Assembly (NCBI GenBank): GCA_964016885.1
Contig: OZ024744.1
Span: 5,022,001 to 5,086,000 of the forward strand
Reading direction: 5' to 3'
Length of the DNA stretch: 64,000 nt
DNA from: Eledone cirrhosa
Taxonomy: Eukaryota
Made by a program: the position numbers and the translations under genes
Shown: positions 11,501-24,000 of the stretch, in pieces
Numbering within the stretch: the stretch's first letter is position 1
Layout of the letters: each line of letters starts with the position of its first letter
The notes under the pieces: model-generated
The model's input: only the letters and a program-made list of their open reading frames with translations
Told to the model about the DNA's origin: nothing
Database searches by the model: none

Positions 11501-13930
11501 GGTAGCAGAGGTCTATCTTGGTAGACAGTGGTGTTGGTAGCAGAGGTCTATCTTGGTAGACAGTGGTGTTGGTAGCAGAGGTCTATGTTGGTAGACAGTG
11601 GTGTTGGTAGCAGAGGTATATCTTGGTAGGCAGTGGTGTTGGTAGCAGAGCTCTATCTTGGTAGACAGTGGTGTTGGTAGCAGAGGTCTTTCTTGGTAGA
11701 CAGTGGTGTTGCTAGCAGAGGTCTATGTTGGTAGAAAGTGAGGTTGGTAGCTGAGATCTATGTTGGTAGACAGTGGTGTTGGTAGCAGAAGTCTATCTTG
11801 GTAGACAGTGAGGTTGGTAGCAGAGGTCTATCTTGGTAGACAGTGGTGTTGGTAGCAGAGGTCTATCTTGGTAGATAGTGGTGTTGGTAGCAGAGGTCTA
11901 TCTTGGTAGACAGTGGTGTTGGTAGCAGAAGTCTATCTTGGTAGACAGTGGTGTTGGTAGCAGAGGTCTATCTTGGTAGACAGTGGTGTTGCTAGCAAAG
12001 GTCTATGTTGGTAGACAGTGGTGTTGCTAGCAAAGGTCTATGTTGGTAGACAGTGAGGGTGGTTGCAGAGGTCTATCTTGGTAGACAGTGGTGTTGGTAG
12101 CAGAGGTCTATCTTGGTAGACAGTGAGGTTGGTATCAGAGGTCTATCTTGGTAGACAGTGAGGTTGGTAGCAGAGGTCTATGTTGGTAGACAGTGGTGTT
12201 GGTAGCATAGGTCTATCTTGGTAGACAGTGGTGTTGGTAGCAGAGGTCTATGTTGGTAGACAGTGGTGTTGGTAGTAGAGGTCTATCTTGGTAGACAGTG
12301 GTGTTGGTAGCAGATGTCTATCTTGGTAGACAGTGGTGTTGGTAGCAGAGGTCTATCTTGGTAGACAGTGGTGTTGGTAGCAGATATCTATCTTGGTAGA
12401 CAGTGGTGTTGGTAGCAGAGGTCTATGTTGGTAGACAGTGGTGTTGGTAGCAGAGGTCTATCTTGGTAGTCAGTGGTGTTGGTAGCAGAGGTCTATCTTG
12501 GTAGACAGTGGTGTTGGTAGCAGAGGTCTATGTTGGTAGACAGTGAGGTTGGTAGCAGAGGTCTATCTTGGTAGACAGTGGTGTTGGTAGAAGAGGTCTA
12601 TGTTGGTAGACAGTGAGGTTGGTAGCAGAGGTTTATCTTGGCAGACAGTGAGGTTGGTAGCAGAGGTCTATCTTGGTAGACAGTGGTGTTGGTAGCAGAG
12701 GTCTATCTTGGTAGACAGTGAGGTTGGTAGCAGATGTCTATCTTGGTAGACAGTGGTGTTGGTAGCAGAGATCTATCTTGGTAGACAGTGAGGTTGGTAG
12801 CAGAGGTCTATCTTGGTAGACAGTGGTGTTGGTAGCAGAGGTCTATCTTGGTAGACAGTGGTGTTGGTAGCAGAGGTCTATGTTGGTAGACAGTGGTGTT
12901 GATAGCAGAGGTTAATCTTGGTAGACAGTGGTGTTGGTAGCAGAGGTCTATCTTGGTAGACAGTGGTGTTGGTAGCAGAGGTCTATCTTGGTAGACAGTG
13001 GTGTTGGTAGCAGAGGTCTATGTTGGTAGACAGTGGTGTTTGTAGCAGAGGACTATGTTGGTAGACAGTGGTGTTGGTAGCAGAGGTCTATCTTGGTAGA
13101 CATTGAGGTTGGTAGCAGAGGTCTATCTTGGTAGACAGTGGTGTTGGTAGCAGAGATCTATGTTGGTAGACAGTGGTGTTGGTAGCAGAGGTCTATCTTA
13201 GTAGACAGTGGTGTTGGTAGCAGAGGTCTATCTTGGTAGACAGTGAAGTTGGTAGCAGAGGTCTATCTTGGTAGACAGTGAGGTTGGTAGCAGAGGTCTA
13301 TCTTGGTAGACAGTGGTGTTGGTAGCAGAGGTCTATCTTGGTAGACAGTGAGGTTGGTAACAGAGGTCTATCTTGGTAGACAGTGGTGTTGTAGCAGAGG
13401 TCTATCTCGGTAGACAGTGAGGTTGGTAGCAGAGGTCTATGCTGGTAGACAGTGGTGTTGGTAGCAGAGGTCTATCTTGGTAGACAGTGGTGTTGGTAGC
13501 AGAGGTCTATCTTGGTAGACAGTGGTGTTGGTAGCAGAGGTCTATGTTGGTAGACAGTGAGGTTGCTAGCAGAGGTCTATCTTGGTAGACAGTGGTGTTG
13601 GTAGCAGAGGTCTATCTTGGTAGACAGTGAGGTTGGTATCAGAGGTCTATCTTGGTAGACAGTGGTGTTGGTAGCAGAGGTCTATGTTGGTAGACAGTGG
13701 TGTTGGTAGCAGAGGTCTATCTTGGTAGATAGTGAGGTTGGTAGTAGAGGTCTATGTTGGTAGACATTGGTGTTGGTAGCAGAGTTCTATCTTGGTAGAC
13801 AGTGGTGTTGGTAGCAGAGGTCTATGTTGGTAGACAGTGGTGTTGGTAATAGAGGTCTATCTTGGTAGACAGTGGTGTTGGTAGCAGATGTCTATCTTGG
13901 TAGACAGTGGTGTTGGTAGCAGAGGTCTAT
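7170..13930. repeat. Segmental duplication inside the array, copy 1 (offset 7,102 bp to copy 2)
   Basis: Marker pairs 7208/14310, 8112/15214, 8561/15663, 8681/15783, 9871/16973 and 11366/18468 are all exactly 7,102 bp apart (203 x 35 - 3). Confidence 0.9.
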
Positions 13931-14271
13931 GTTGGTAGACAGTGGTGTTGATAGCAGAGGTTAATCTTGGTAGACAGTGGTGTTGGTAGCAGAGGTCTAT
14001 CTTGGTAGACAGTGGTGTTGGTAGCAGAGGTCTATCTTGGTAGACAGTGGTGTTGGTAGCAGAGGTCTATGTTGGTAGACAGTGGTGTTTGTAGCAGAGG
14101 ACTATGTTGGTAGACAGTGGTGTTGGTAGCAGAGGTCTATCTTGGTAGACATTGAGGTTGGTAGCAGAGGTCTATCTTGGTAGACAGTGGTGTTGGTAGC
14201 AGAGATCTATGTTGGTAGACAGTGGTGTTGGTAGCAGAGGTCTATCTTAGTAGACAGTGGTGTTGGTAGCA

Positions 14272-17200
14272 GAGGTCTATCTTGGTAGACAGTGGTGTTG
14301 GTAGCAGAGGTTTATATTGGTAGACAGTGGTGTTGGTAGCAGAGGTTTATCTTGGTAGACATTGAGGTTGGTAGCAGAGGTCTATCTTGGTAGACAGTGG
14401 TGTTGGTAGCAGAGGTCTATGTTGGTAGACAGTGGAGTTGGTAGCAGAGGTCTATCTTGGTAGACAGTGGTGTTGGTAGCAGAGGTCTATATTGGTAGAC
14501 AGTGGTGTTGGTAGCAGAGGTCTATCTTGGTAGACAGTGAGGTTGGTAGCAGAGGTCTATCTTCGTAGACAGTGAGGTTGGTAGCAGAGGTCTATCTTGG
14601 TAGACAGTGGTGTTGGTAGCAGAGGTCTATGTTGGTAGACAGTGAGGTTGGTAGCAGAGGTCTATCTTGGTAGACAGTGAAGTTGGTAGCAGAGGTCTAT
14701 CTTGGTAGACAGTGAGGGTGGTAGCAGAGGTCTATCTTGGTAGACAGTGGTGTTCGTAGCAGAGGTCTATCTTGGTAGACAGTGGTGTTGGTAGCAGAGG
14801 TCTATCTTGGTAGACAGTGAGGTTGGTAGCAGAGGTCTATCTTGGTAGACAGTGGTGTTGGTAGCAGAGGTCTATCTTGGTAGACAGTGGGGTGGGTAGC
14901 AGAGGTCTATCTTGGTAGACAGTGGTGTTGGTAGCAGAGGTCTATCTTGGTAGACAGTGGTGTTGGTAGCAGAGGTCTATGTTGGTAGACAGTGGTGTTG
15001 GTAGCAGAGGTTAATCTTGGTAGACAGTGGTGTTGGTAGCAGAGGTCTATCTTGGTAGACAGTGGTGTTGGTAGCAGAGATCTATCTTGGTAGACAGTAG
15101 TGTTGGTAGCAGAGGTCTATGTTGGTAGACAGTGGTGTTTGTAGCAGAGGTCTATGTTGGTAGACAGTGGTGTTGGAAGCAGAGGTCTATCTTAGTAGAC
15201 AGTGGTGTTGGTACATAGGTCTATGTTGGTAGACAGTGAGGTTGGTAGCAGAGGTCTATATTGGTAGACAGTGAGGTTGGTAGCAGAGGTCTATCTTGGT
15301 AGACAGTGAGGTTGGTAGCAGAGCTCTATCTTGGTAGAAAGTGGTGTTGGTAGCAGAGGTCTATGTTGGTAGACAGTGGTGTTGGTAGCAGAGGTTTATC
15401 TTGGTAGACAGTGGTGTTGGTAGCAGAGGTCTATGTTGGTAGACAGTGGTGTTGGTAGCAGAGGTATATCTTGGTAGGCAGTGGTGTTGGTAGCAGAGCT
15501 CTATCTTGGTAGACAGTGGTGTTGGTAGCAGAGGTCTTTCTTGGTAGACAGTGGTGTTGCTAGCAGAGGTCTATGTTGGTAGAAAGTGAGGTTGGTAGCT
15601 GAGGTCTATGTTGGTAGACAGTGGTGTTGGTAGCAGAAGTCTATCTTGGTAGACAGTGAGGTTGTTAGCAGAGGTCTATGTTGGTAGACATTGGTGTTGG
15701 TAGCAGAGTTCTATCTTGGTAGACAGTGGTGTTGGTAGCAGAGGTCTATGTTGGTAGACAGTGGTGTTGGTAATAGAGGTCTATTTTGGTAGACAGTGGT
15801 GTTGGTAGCAGAGGTCTATCTTGGTAGACAGTGGTGTTGGTAGCAGAGGTCGATCTTGGTAGACAGTGGTGTTGGTAGCAGAGGTCTATCTTGGTAGACA
15901 GTGGTGTTGGTAGCAGATGTCTATCTTGGTAGACAGTGGTGTTGGTAGCAGAGATCTATCTTGGTAGACAGTGGTGTTGGTAGCAGAGGTCGATCTTGGT
16001 AGACAGTGGTGTTGGTAGCAGAGGTCGATCTTGGTAGACAGTGGTGTTGGTAGCAGAGGTCTATCTTGGTAGACAGTGGTGTTGGTAGCAGAGGTCTATG
16101 TTGGTAGACAGTGGTGTTGGTAGCAGAGGTATATCTTGGTAGGCAGTGGTGTTGGTAGCAGAGCTCTATCTTGGTAGACAGTGGTGTTGGTAGCAGAGGT
16201 CTATCTTGGTAGACAGTGGTGTTGGTAGCAGAGGTCTTTCTTGGTAGACAGTGGTGTTGGTAGCAGAGGTCTATGTTGGTAGAAAGTGAGGTTGGTAGCA
16301 GAGGTCTATCTTGGTAGAAAGTGGTGTTGGTAGGAGAGGTCTATCTTGGTAGACAGTGGTGTTGGTAGCAGAGGTCTATCTTGGTAGACAGTGGTGTTGG
16401 TAGCAGAGGTCTATATTGGTAGACAGTGGTGTTGGTAGCAGATGTCTATCTTGGTAGACAGTGGTGTTGGTAGCAGAGGTCTATCTTGGTAGACAGTGGT
16501 GGTGGTAGCAGAGGTCTATCTTGTTAGACAGTGTTGTTGGTAGCAGAGGTCTATCTTAGTAGACAGTGGTGTTGGTAGCAGAGGTCTATCCTGGTAGACA
16601 GTGGTGTTGGTAGCAGAGGTCTATCTTGGTAGACAGTAGTGTTGGTAGCAGAGGTCTATCTTGGTAGACAGTGGTGTTGGTAGCTGAGGTCTAACTTGGT
16701 AGACAGTGGTGTTGGTAGCAGAGGTCTATCTTAGTAGACAGTGGTGTTGGTAGCAGAGGTCTACCTTGGTAGACAGTGGTGTCGGTAGCAGAGCTCTATC
16801 CTGGTAGACAGTGGTGTTGGTAGCAGAGGTCTATCTTGGTAGACAGTGAGGTTGGTAGCAGAGGTCTATGTTGGTAGACAGTGGTGTCGGTAGCAGAGCT
16901 CTATCTTGGTAGACAGTGGTGTTGGTAGCAGAAGTCTATCTTGGTAGACAGTGAGGTTGGGAGCAGAGGTCTATGTTCGTAGACAGTGGTGTTGGTAGCA
17001 GAGGTCTATCTTGGTAGACAGTGGTGTTGGTAGGAGAGGTTTATCTTGGTAGACAGTGGTGTTGGTAGCAGAGGTCTATGTTGGTAGACAGTGGTGTTGG
17101 TAGCAGAGGTATATCTTGGTAGGCAGTGGTGTTGGTAGCAGAGCTCTATCTTGGTAGACAGTGGTGTTGGTAGCAGAGGTCTATCTTGGTAGACAGTGGT

Positions 17201-20200
17201 GTTGGTAGCAGAGGTCTATGTTAGTAGAAAGTGAGGTTGGTAGCAGAGGTCTATCTTGGTAGACAGTGAGGGTGGTAGCAGAGGTCTATCTTGGTAAACA
17301 GAGGTGTTGGTAGCAGAGGTCTATCTTGGTAGACAGTGAGGTTGGTATCAGAGGTCTATCTTGGTAGACAGTGAGGTTGGTAGCAGAGGTCTATGTTGGT
17401 AGACAGTGGTGTTGGTAGCATAGGTCTATCTTGGTAGACAGTGGTGTTGGTAGCAGAGGTCTATGTTGGTAGACAGTGGTGTTGGTAGTAGAGGTCTATC
17501 TTGGTAGACAGTGGTGTTGGTAGCAGATGTCTATCTTGGTAGACAGTGGTGTTGGTAGCAGAGGTCTATCTTGGTAGACAGTGGTGTTGGTAGCAAATAT
17601 CTATCTTGGTAGACAGTGGTGTTGGTAGCAGAGGTCTATGTTGGTAGACAGTGGTGTTGGTAGCAGAGGTCTATCTTGGTAGACAGTGGTGTTGGTAGCA
17701 GAGGTCTATCTTGGTAGACAGTGGTGTTGGTAGCAGAGGTCTATCTTGGTAGACAGTGGTGTTGGTAGCAGAGGTCTATCTTGGTAGACAGTGGTGTTGG
17801 TAGCAGAGGTCTATGTTGGTAGACAGTGAGGTTGGTAGCAGAGGTCTATGTTGGTAGACAGTGGTGTTGGTAGCAGAGGTCTATCTTGGTAGACAGTGGT
17901 GTTGGTAGAAGAGGTCTATGTTGGTAGACAGTGAGGTTGGTAGCAGAGGTCTATCTTGGTAGACAGTGAAGTTGGTAGCAGAGGTCTATCTTGGTAGACA
18001 GTGAGGGTGGTAGCAGAGGTCTATCTTGGTAGACAGTGGTGTTCGTAGCAGAGGTCTATCTTGGTAGACAGTGGTGTTGGTAGCAGAGGTCTAACTTGGT
18101 AGACAGTGAGGTTGGTAGCAGAGGTCTATCTTGGTAGACAGTGGTGTTGGTAGCAGAGGTCTATCTTGGTAGACAGTGGGGTGGGTAGCAGAGGTCTATG
18201 TTGGTAGACAGTGGTGTTGGTAGCAGAGGTCTATGTTGGTAGACAGTGGTGTTGGTAGCAGAGGTCTATGTTGGTAGACAGTGGTGTTGGTAGCAGAGGT
18301 TAATCTTGGTAGACAGTGGTGTTGGTAGCAGAGATCTATCTTGGTAGACAGTAGTGTTGGTAGCAGAGGTCTATGTTGGTAGACAGTGGTGTTTGTAGCA
18401 GAGGTCTATGTTGGTAGACAGTGGTGTTGGAAGCAGAGGTCTATCTTAGTAGACAGTGGTGTTGGTACTGAGGTCTATGTTGGTAGACAGTGAGGTTGGT
18501 AGCAGAGGTCTATATTGGTAGACAGTGAGGTTGGTAGCAGAGGTATATCTTGGTAGACAGTGAGGTTGGTAGCAGAGCTCTATCTTGGTAGACAGTGGTG
18601 TTGGTAGCAGAGGTCTATCTTGGTAGACAGTGGTGTTGGTAGCAGAGGTCTATCTTGGTAGACAGTGGTGTTGGTAGCAGAGGTCTATGTTGGTAGACAG
18701 TGGTGTTGGTAGCAGAGGTATATCTTGGTAGGCAGTGGTGTTGGTAGCAGAGCTCTATCTTGGTAGACAGTGGTGTTGGTAGCAGAGGTCTTTCTTGGTA
18801 GACAGTGGTGTTGCTAGCAGAGGTCTATGTTGGTAGAAAGTGAGGTTGGTAGCTGAGATCTATGTTGGTAGACAGTGGTGTTGGTAGCAGAAGTCTATCT
18901 TGGTAGACAGTGAGGTTGGTAGCAGAGGTCTATCTTGGTAGACAGTGGTGTTGGTAGCAGAGGTCTATCTTGGTAGATAGTGGTGTTGGTAGCAGAGGTC
19001 TATCTTGGTAGACAGTGGTGTTGGTAGCAGAAGTCTATCTTGGTAGACAGTGGTGTTGGTAGCAGAGGTCTATCTTGGTAGACAGTGGTGTTGCTAGCAA
19101 AGGTCTATGTTGGTAGACAGTGGTGTTGCTAGCAAAGGTCTATGTTGGTAGACAGTGAGGGTGGTTGCAGAGGTCTATCTTGGTAGACAGTGGTGTTGGT
19201 AGCAGAGGTCTATCTTGGTAGACAGTGAGGTTGGTATCAGAGGTCTATCTTGGTAGACAGTGAGGTTGGTAGCAGAGGTCTATGTTGGTAGACAGTGGTG
19301 TTGGTAGCATAGGTCTATCTTGGTAGACAGTGGTGTTGGTAGCAGAGGTCTATGTTGGTAGACAGTGGTGTTGGTAGTAGAGGTCTATCTTGGTAGACAG
19401 TGGTGTTGGTAGCAGATGTCTATCTTGGTAGACAGTGGTGTTGGTAGCAGAGGTCTATCTTGGTAGACAGTGGTGTTGGTAGCAGATATCTATCTTGGTA
19501 GACAGTGGTGTTGGTAGCAGAGGTCTATGTTGGTAGACAGTGGTGTTGGTAGCAGAGGTCTATCTTGGTAGTCAGTGGTGTTGGTAGCAGAGGTCTATCT
19601 TGGTAGACAGTGGTGTTGGTAGCAGAGGTCTATGTTGGTAGACAGTGAGGTTGGTAGCAGAGGTCTATCTTGGTAGACAGTGGTGTTGGTAGAAGAGGTC
19701 TATGTTGGTAGACAGTGAGGTTGGTAGCAGAGGTTTATCTTGGCAGACAGTGAGGTTGGTAGCAGAGGTCTATCTTGGTAGACAGTGGTGTTGGTAGCAG
19801 AGGTCTATCTTGGTAGACAGTGAGGTTGGTAGCAGATGTCTATCTTGGTAGACAGTGGTGTTGGTAGCAGAGATCTATCTTGGTAGACAGTGAGGTTGGT
19901 AGCAGAGGTCTATCTTGGTAGACAGTGGTGTTGGTAGCAGAGGTCTATCTTGGTAGACAGTGGTGTTGGTAGCAGAGGTCTATGTTGGTAGACAGTGGTG
20001 TTGATAGCAGAGGTTAATCTTGGTAGACAGTGGTGTTGGTAGCAGAGGTCTATCTTGGTAGACAGTGGTGTTGGTAGCAGAGGTCTATCTTGGTAGACAG
20101 TGGTGTTGGTAGCAGAGGTCTATGTTGGTAGACAGTGGTGTTTGTAGCAGAGGACTATGTTGGTAGACAGTGGTGTTGGTAGCAGAGGTCTATCTTGGTA

Positions 20201-21032
20201 GACATTGAGGTTGGTAGCAGAGGTCTATCTTGGTAGACAGTGGTGTTGGTAGCAGAGATCTATGTTGGTAGACAGTGGTGTTGGTAGCAGAGGTCTATCT
20301 TAGTAGACAGTGGTGTTGGTAGCAGAGGTCTATCTTGGTAGACAGTGAAGTTGGTAGCAGAGGTCTATCTTGGTAGACAGTGAGGTTGGTAGCAGAGGTC
20401 TATCTTGGTAGACAGTGGTGTTGGTAGCAGAGGTCTATCTTGGTAGACAGTGAGGTTGGTAACAGAGGTCTATCTTGGTAGACAGTGGTGTTGTAGCAGA
20501 GGTCTATCTCGGTAGACAGTGAGGTTGGTAGCAGAGGTCTATGCTGGTAGACAGTGGTGTTGGTAGCAGAGGTCTATCTTGGTAGACAGTGGTGTTGGTA
20601 GCAGAGGTCTATCTTGGTAGACAGTGGTGTTGGTAGCAGAGGTCTATGTTGGTAGACAGTGAGGTTGCTAGCAGAGGTCTATCTTGGTAGACAGTGGTGT
20701 TGGTAGCAGAGGTCTATCTTGGTAGACAGTGAGGTTGGTATCAGAGGTCTATCTTGGTAGACAGTGGTGTTGGTAGCAGAGGTCTATGTTGGTAGACAGT
20801 GGTGTTGGTAGCAGAGGTCTATATTGGTAGATAGTGAGGTTGGTAGTAGAGGTCTATGTTGGTAGACATTGGTGTTGGTAGCAGAGTTCTATCTTGGTAG
20901 ACAGTGGTGTTGGTAGCAGAGGTCTATGTTGGTAGACAGTGGTGTTGGTAATAGAGGTCTATCTTGGTAGACAGTGGTGTTGGTAGCAGATGTCTATCTT
21001 GGTAGACAGTGGTGTTGGTAGCAGAGGTCTAT
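14272..21032. repeat. Segmental duplication inside the array, copy 2
   Basis: Same variant order as 7170-13930, including variants I saw only in these two copies (GAGGTTGTTAGC, ATGTTCGTAG). I noticed one difference (C13721 vs A20823). The match ends at 13931/21033. Confidence 0.9.
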
Positions 21033-24000
21033 CTTGGTAGACAGTGGTGTTGGTAGCAGATGTCGATCTTGGTAGACAGTGGTGTTGGTAGCAGAGGTCT
21101 ATCTTGGTAGACAGTGGTGTTGGTAGCAGATGTCTATCTTGGTAGACAGTGGTGTTGGTAGCAGAGATCTATCTTGGTAGACAGTGGTGTTGGTAGCAGA
21201 GGTCGATCTTGGTAGACAGTGGTGTTGGTAGCAGAGGTCGATCTTGGTAGACAGTGGTGTTGGTAGCAGAGGTCTATCTTGGTAGACAGTGGTGTTGGTA
21301 GCAGAGGTCTATGTTGGTAGACAGTGGTGTTGGTAGCAGAGGTATATCTTGGTAGGCAGTGGTGTTGGTAGCAGAGCTCTATCTTGGTAGACAGTGGTGT
21401 TGGTAGCAGAGGTCTATCTTGGTAGACAGTGGTGTTGGTAGCAGAGGTCTTTCTTGGTAGACAGTGGTGTTGGTAGCAGAGGTCTATGTTGGTAGAAAGT
21501 GAGGTTGGTAGCAGAGGTCTATCTTGGTAGAAAGTGGTGTTGGTAGGAGAGGTCTATCTTGGTAGACAGTGGTGTTGGTAGCAGAGGTCTATCTTGGTAG
21601 ACAGTGGTGTTGGTAGCAGAGGTCTATATTGGTAGACAGTGGTGTCGGTAGCAGATGTCTATCTTGGTAGACAGTGGTGTTGGTAGCAGAGGTCTATCTT
21701 GGTAGATAGTGGTGGTGGTAGCAGAGGTCTATCTTGTTAGACAGTGTTGTTGGTAGCAGAGGTCTATCTTAGTAGACAGTGGTGTTGGTAGCAGAGGTCT
21801 ATCCTGGTAGACAGTGGTGTTGGTAGCAGAGGTCTATCTTGGTAGACAGTAGTGTTGGTAGCAGAGGTCTATCTTGGTAGACAGTGGTGTTGGTAGCTGA
21901 GGTCTAACTTGGTAGACAGTGGTGTTGGTAGCAGAGGTCTATCTTAGTAGACAGTGGTGTTGGTAGCAGAGGTCTACCTTGGTAGACAGTGGTGTCGGTA
22001 GCAGAGCTCTATCCTGGTAGACAGTGGTGTTGGTAGCAGAAGTCTATCTTGGTAGACAGTGAGGTTGGTAGCAGAGGTCTATGTTGGTAGACAGTGGTGT
22101 CGGTAGCAGAGCTCTATCTTGGTAGACAGTGGTGTTGGTAGCAGAAGTCTATCTTGGTAGACAGTGAGGTTGGGAGCAGAGGTCTATGTTGGTAGACAGT
22201 GGTGTTGGTAGCAGAGGTCTATCTTGGTAGACAGTGGTGTTGGTAGGAGAGGTTTATCTTGGTAGACAGTGGTGTTGGTAGCAGAGGTCTATGTTGGTAG
22301 ACAGTGGTGTTGGTAGCAGAGGTATATCTTGGTAGGCAGTGGTGTTGGTAGCAGAGCTCTATCTTGGTAGACAGTGGTGTTGGTAGCAGAGGTCTATCTT
22401 GGTAGACAGTGGTGTTGGTAGCAGAGGTCTATGTTAGTAGAAAGTGAGGTTGGTAGCAGAGGTCTATCTTGGTAGACAGTGAGGGTGGTAGCAGAGGTCT
22501 ATCTTGGTAAACAGAGGTGTTGGTAGCAGAGGTCTATCTTGGTAGACAGTGAGGTTGGTATCAGAGGTCTATCTTGGTAGACAGTGAGGTTGGTAGCAGA
22601 GGTCTATGTTGGTAGACAGTGGTGTTGGTAGCATAGGTCTATCTTGGTAGACAGTGGTGTTGGTAGCAGAGGTCTATGTTGGTAGACAGTGGTGTTGGTA
22701 GTAGAGGTCTATCTTGGTAGACAGTGGTGTTGGTAGCAGATGTCTATCTTGGTAGACAGTGGTGTTGGTAGCAGAGGTCTATCTTGGTAGACAGTGGTGT
22801 TGGTAGCAAATATCTATCTTGGTAGACAGTGGTGTTGGTAGCAGAGGTCTATGTTGGTAGACAGTGGTGTTGGTAGCAGAGGTCTATCTTGGTAGACAGT
22901 GGTGTTGGTAGCAGAGGTCTATCTTGGTAGACAGTGGTGTTGGTAGCAGAGGTCTATCTTGGTAGACAGTGGTGTTGGTAGCAGAGGTCTATCTTGGTAG
23001 ACAGTGGTGTTGGTAGCAGAGGTCTATGTTGGTAGACAGTGAGGTTGGTAGCAGAGGTCTATGTTGGTAGACAGTGGTGTTGGTAGCAGAGGTCTATCTT
23101 GGTAGACAGTGGTGTTGGTAGAAGAGGTCTATGTTGGTAGACAGTGAGGTTGGTAGCAGAGGTCTATCTTGGTAGACAGTGAAGTTGGTAGCAGAGGTCT
23201 ATCTTGGTAGACAGTGAGGGTGGTAGCAGAGGTCTATCTTGGTAGACAGTGGTGTTCGTAGCAGAGGTCTATCTTGGTAGACAGTGGTGTTGGTAGCAGA
23301 GGTCTAACTTGGTAGACAGTGAGGTTGGTAGCAGAGGTCTATCTTGGTAGACAGTGGTGTTGGTAGCAGAGGTCTATCTTGGTAGACAGTGGGGTGGGTA
23401 GCAGAGGTCTATGTTGGTAGACAGTGGTGTTGGTAGCAGAGGTCTATGTTGGTAGACAGTGGTGTTGGTAGCAGAGGTCTATGTTGGTAGACAGTGGTGT
23501 TGGTAGCAGAGGTTAATCTTGGTAGACAGTGGTGTTGGTAGCAGAGATCTATCTTGGTAGACAGTAGTGTTGGTAGCAGAGGTCTATGTTGGTAGACAGT
23601 GGTGTTTGTAGCAGAGGTCTATGTTGGTAGACAGTGGTGTTGGAAGCAGAGGTCTATCTTAGTAGACAGTGGTGTTGGTACTGAGGTCTATGTTGGTAGA
23701 CAGTGAGGTTGCTAGCAGAGGTCTATATTGGTAGACAGTGAGGTTGGTAGCAGAGGTATATCTTGGTAGACAGTGAGGTTGGTAGCAGAGGTCTATCTTG
23801 GTAGACAGTGGTGTTGGTAGCAGAGGTCTATCTTGGTAGACAGTGGTGTTGGTAGCAGAGGTCTATGTTGGTAGACAGTGGTGTTGGTAGCAGAGGTATA
23901 TCTTGGTAGGCAGTGGTGTTGGTAGCAGAGCTCTATCTTGGTAGACAGTGGTGTTGGTAGCAGAGGTCTTTCTTGGTAGACAGTGGTGTTGCTAGCAGAG

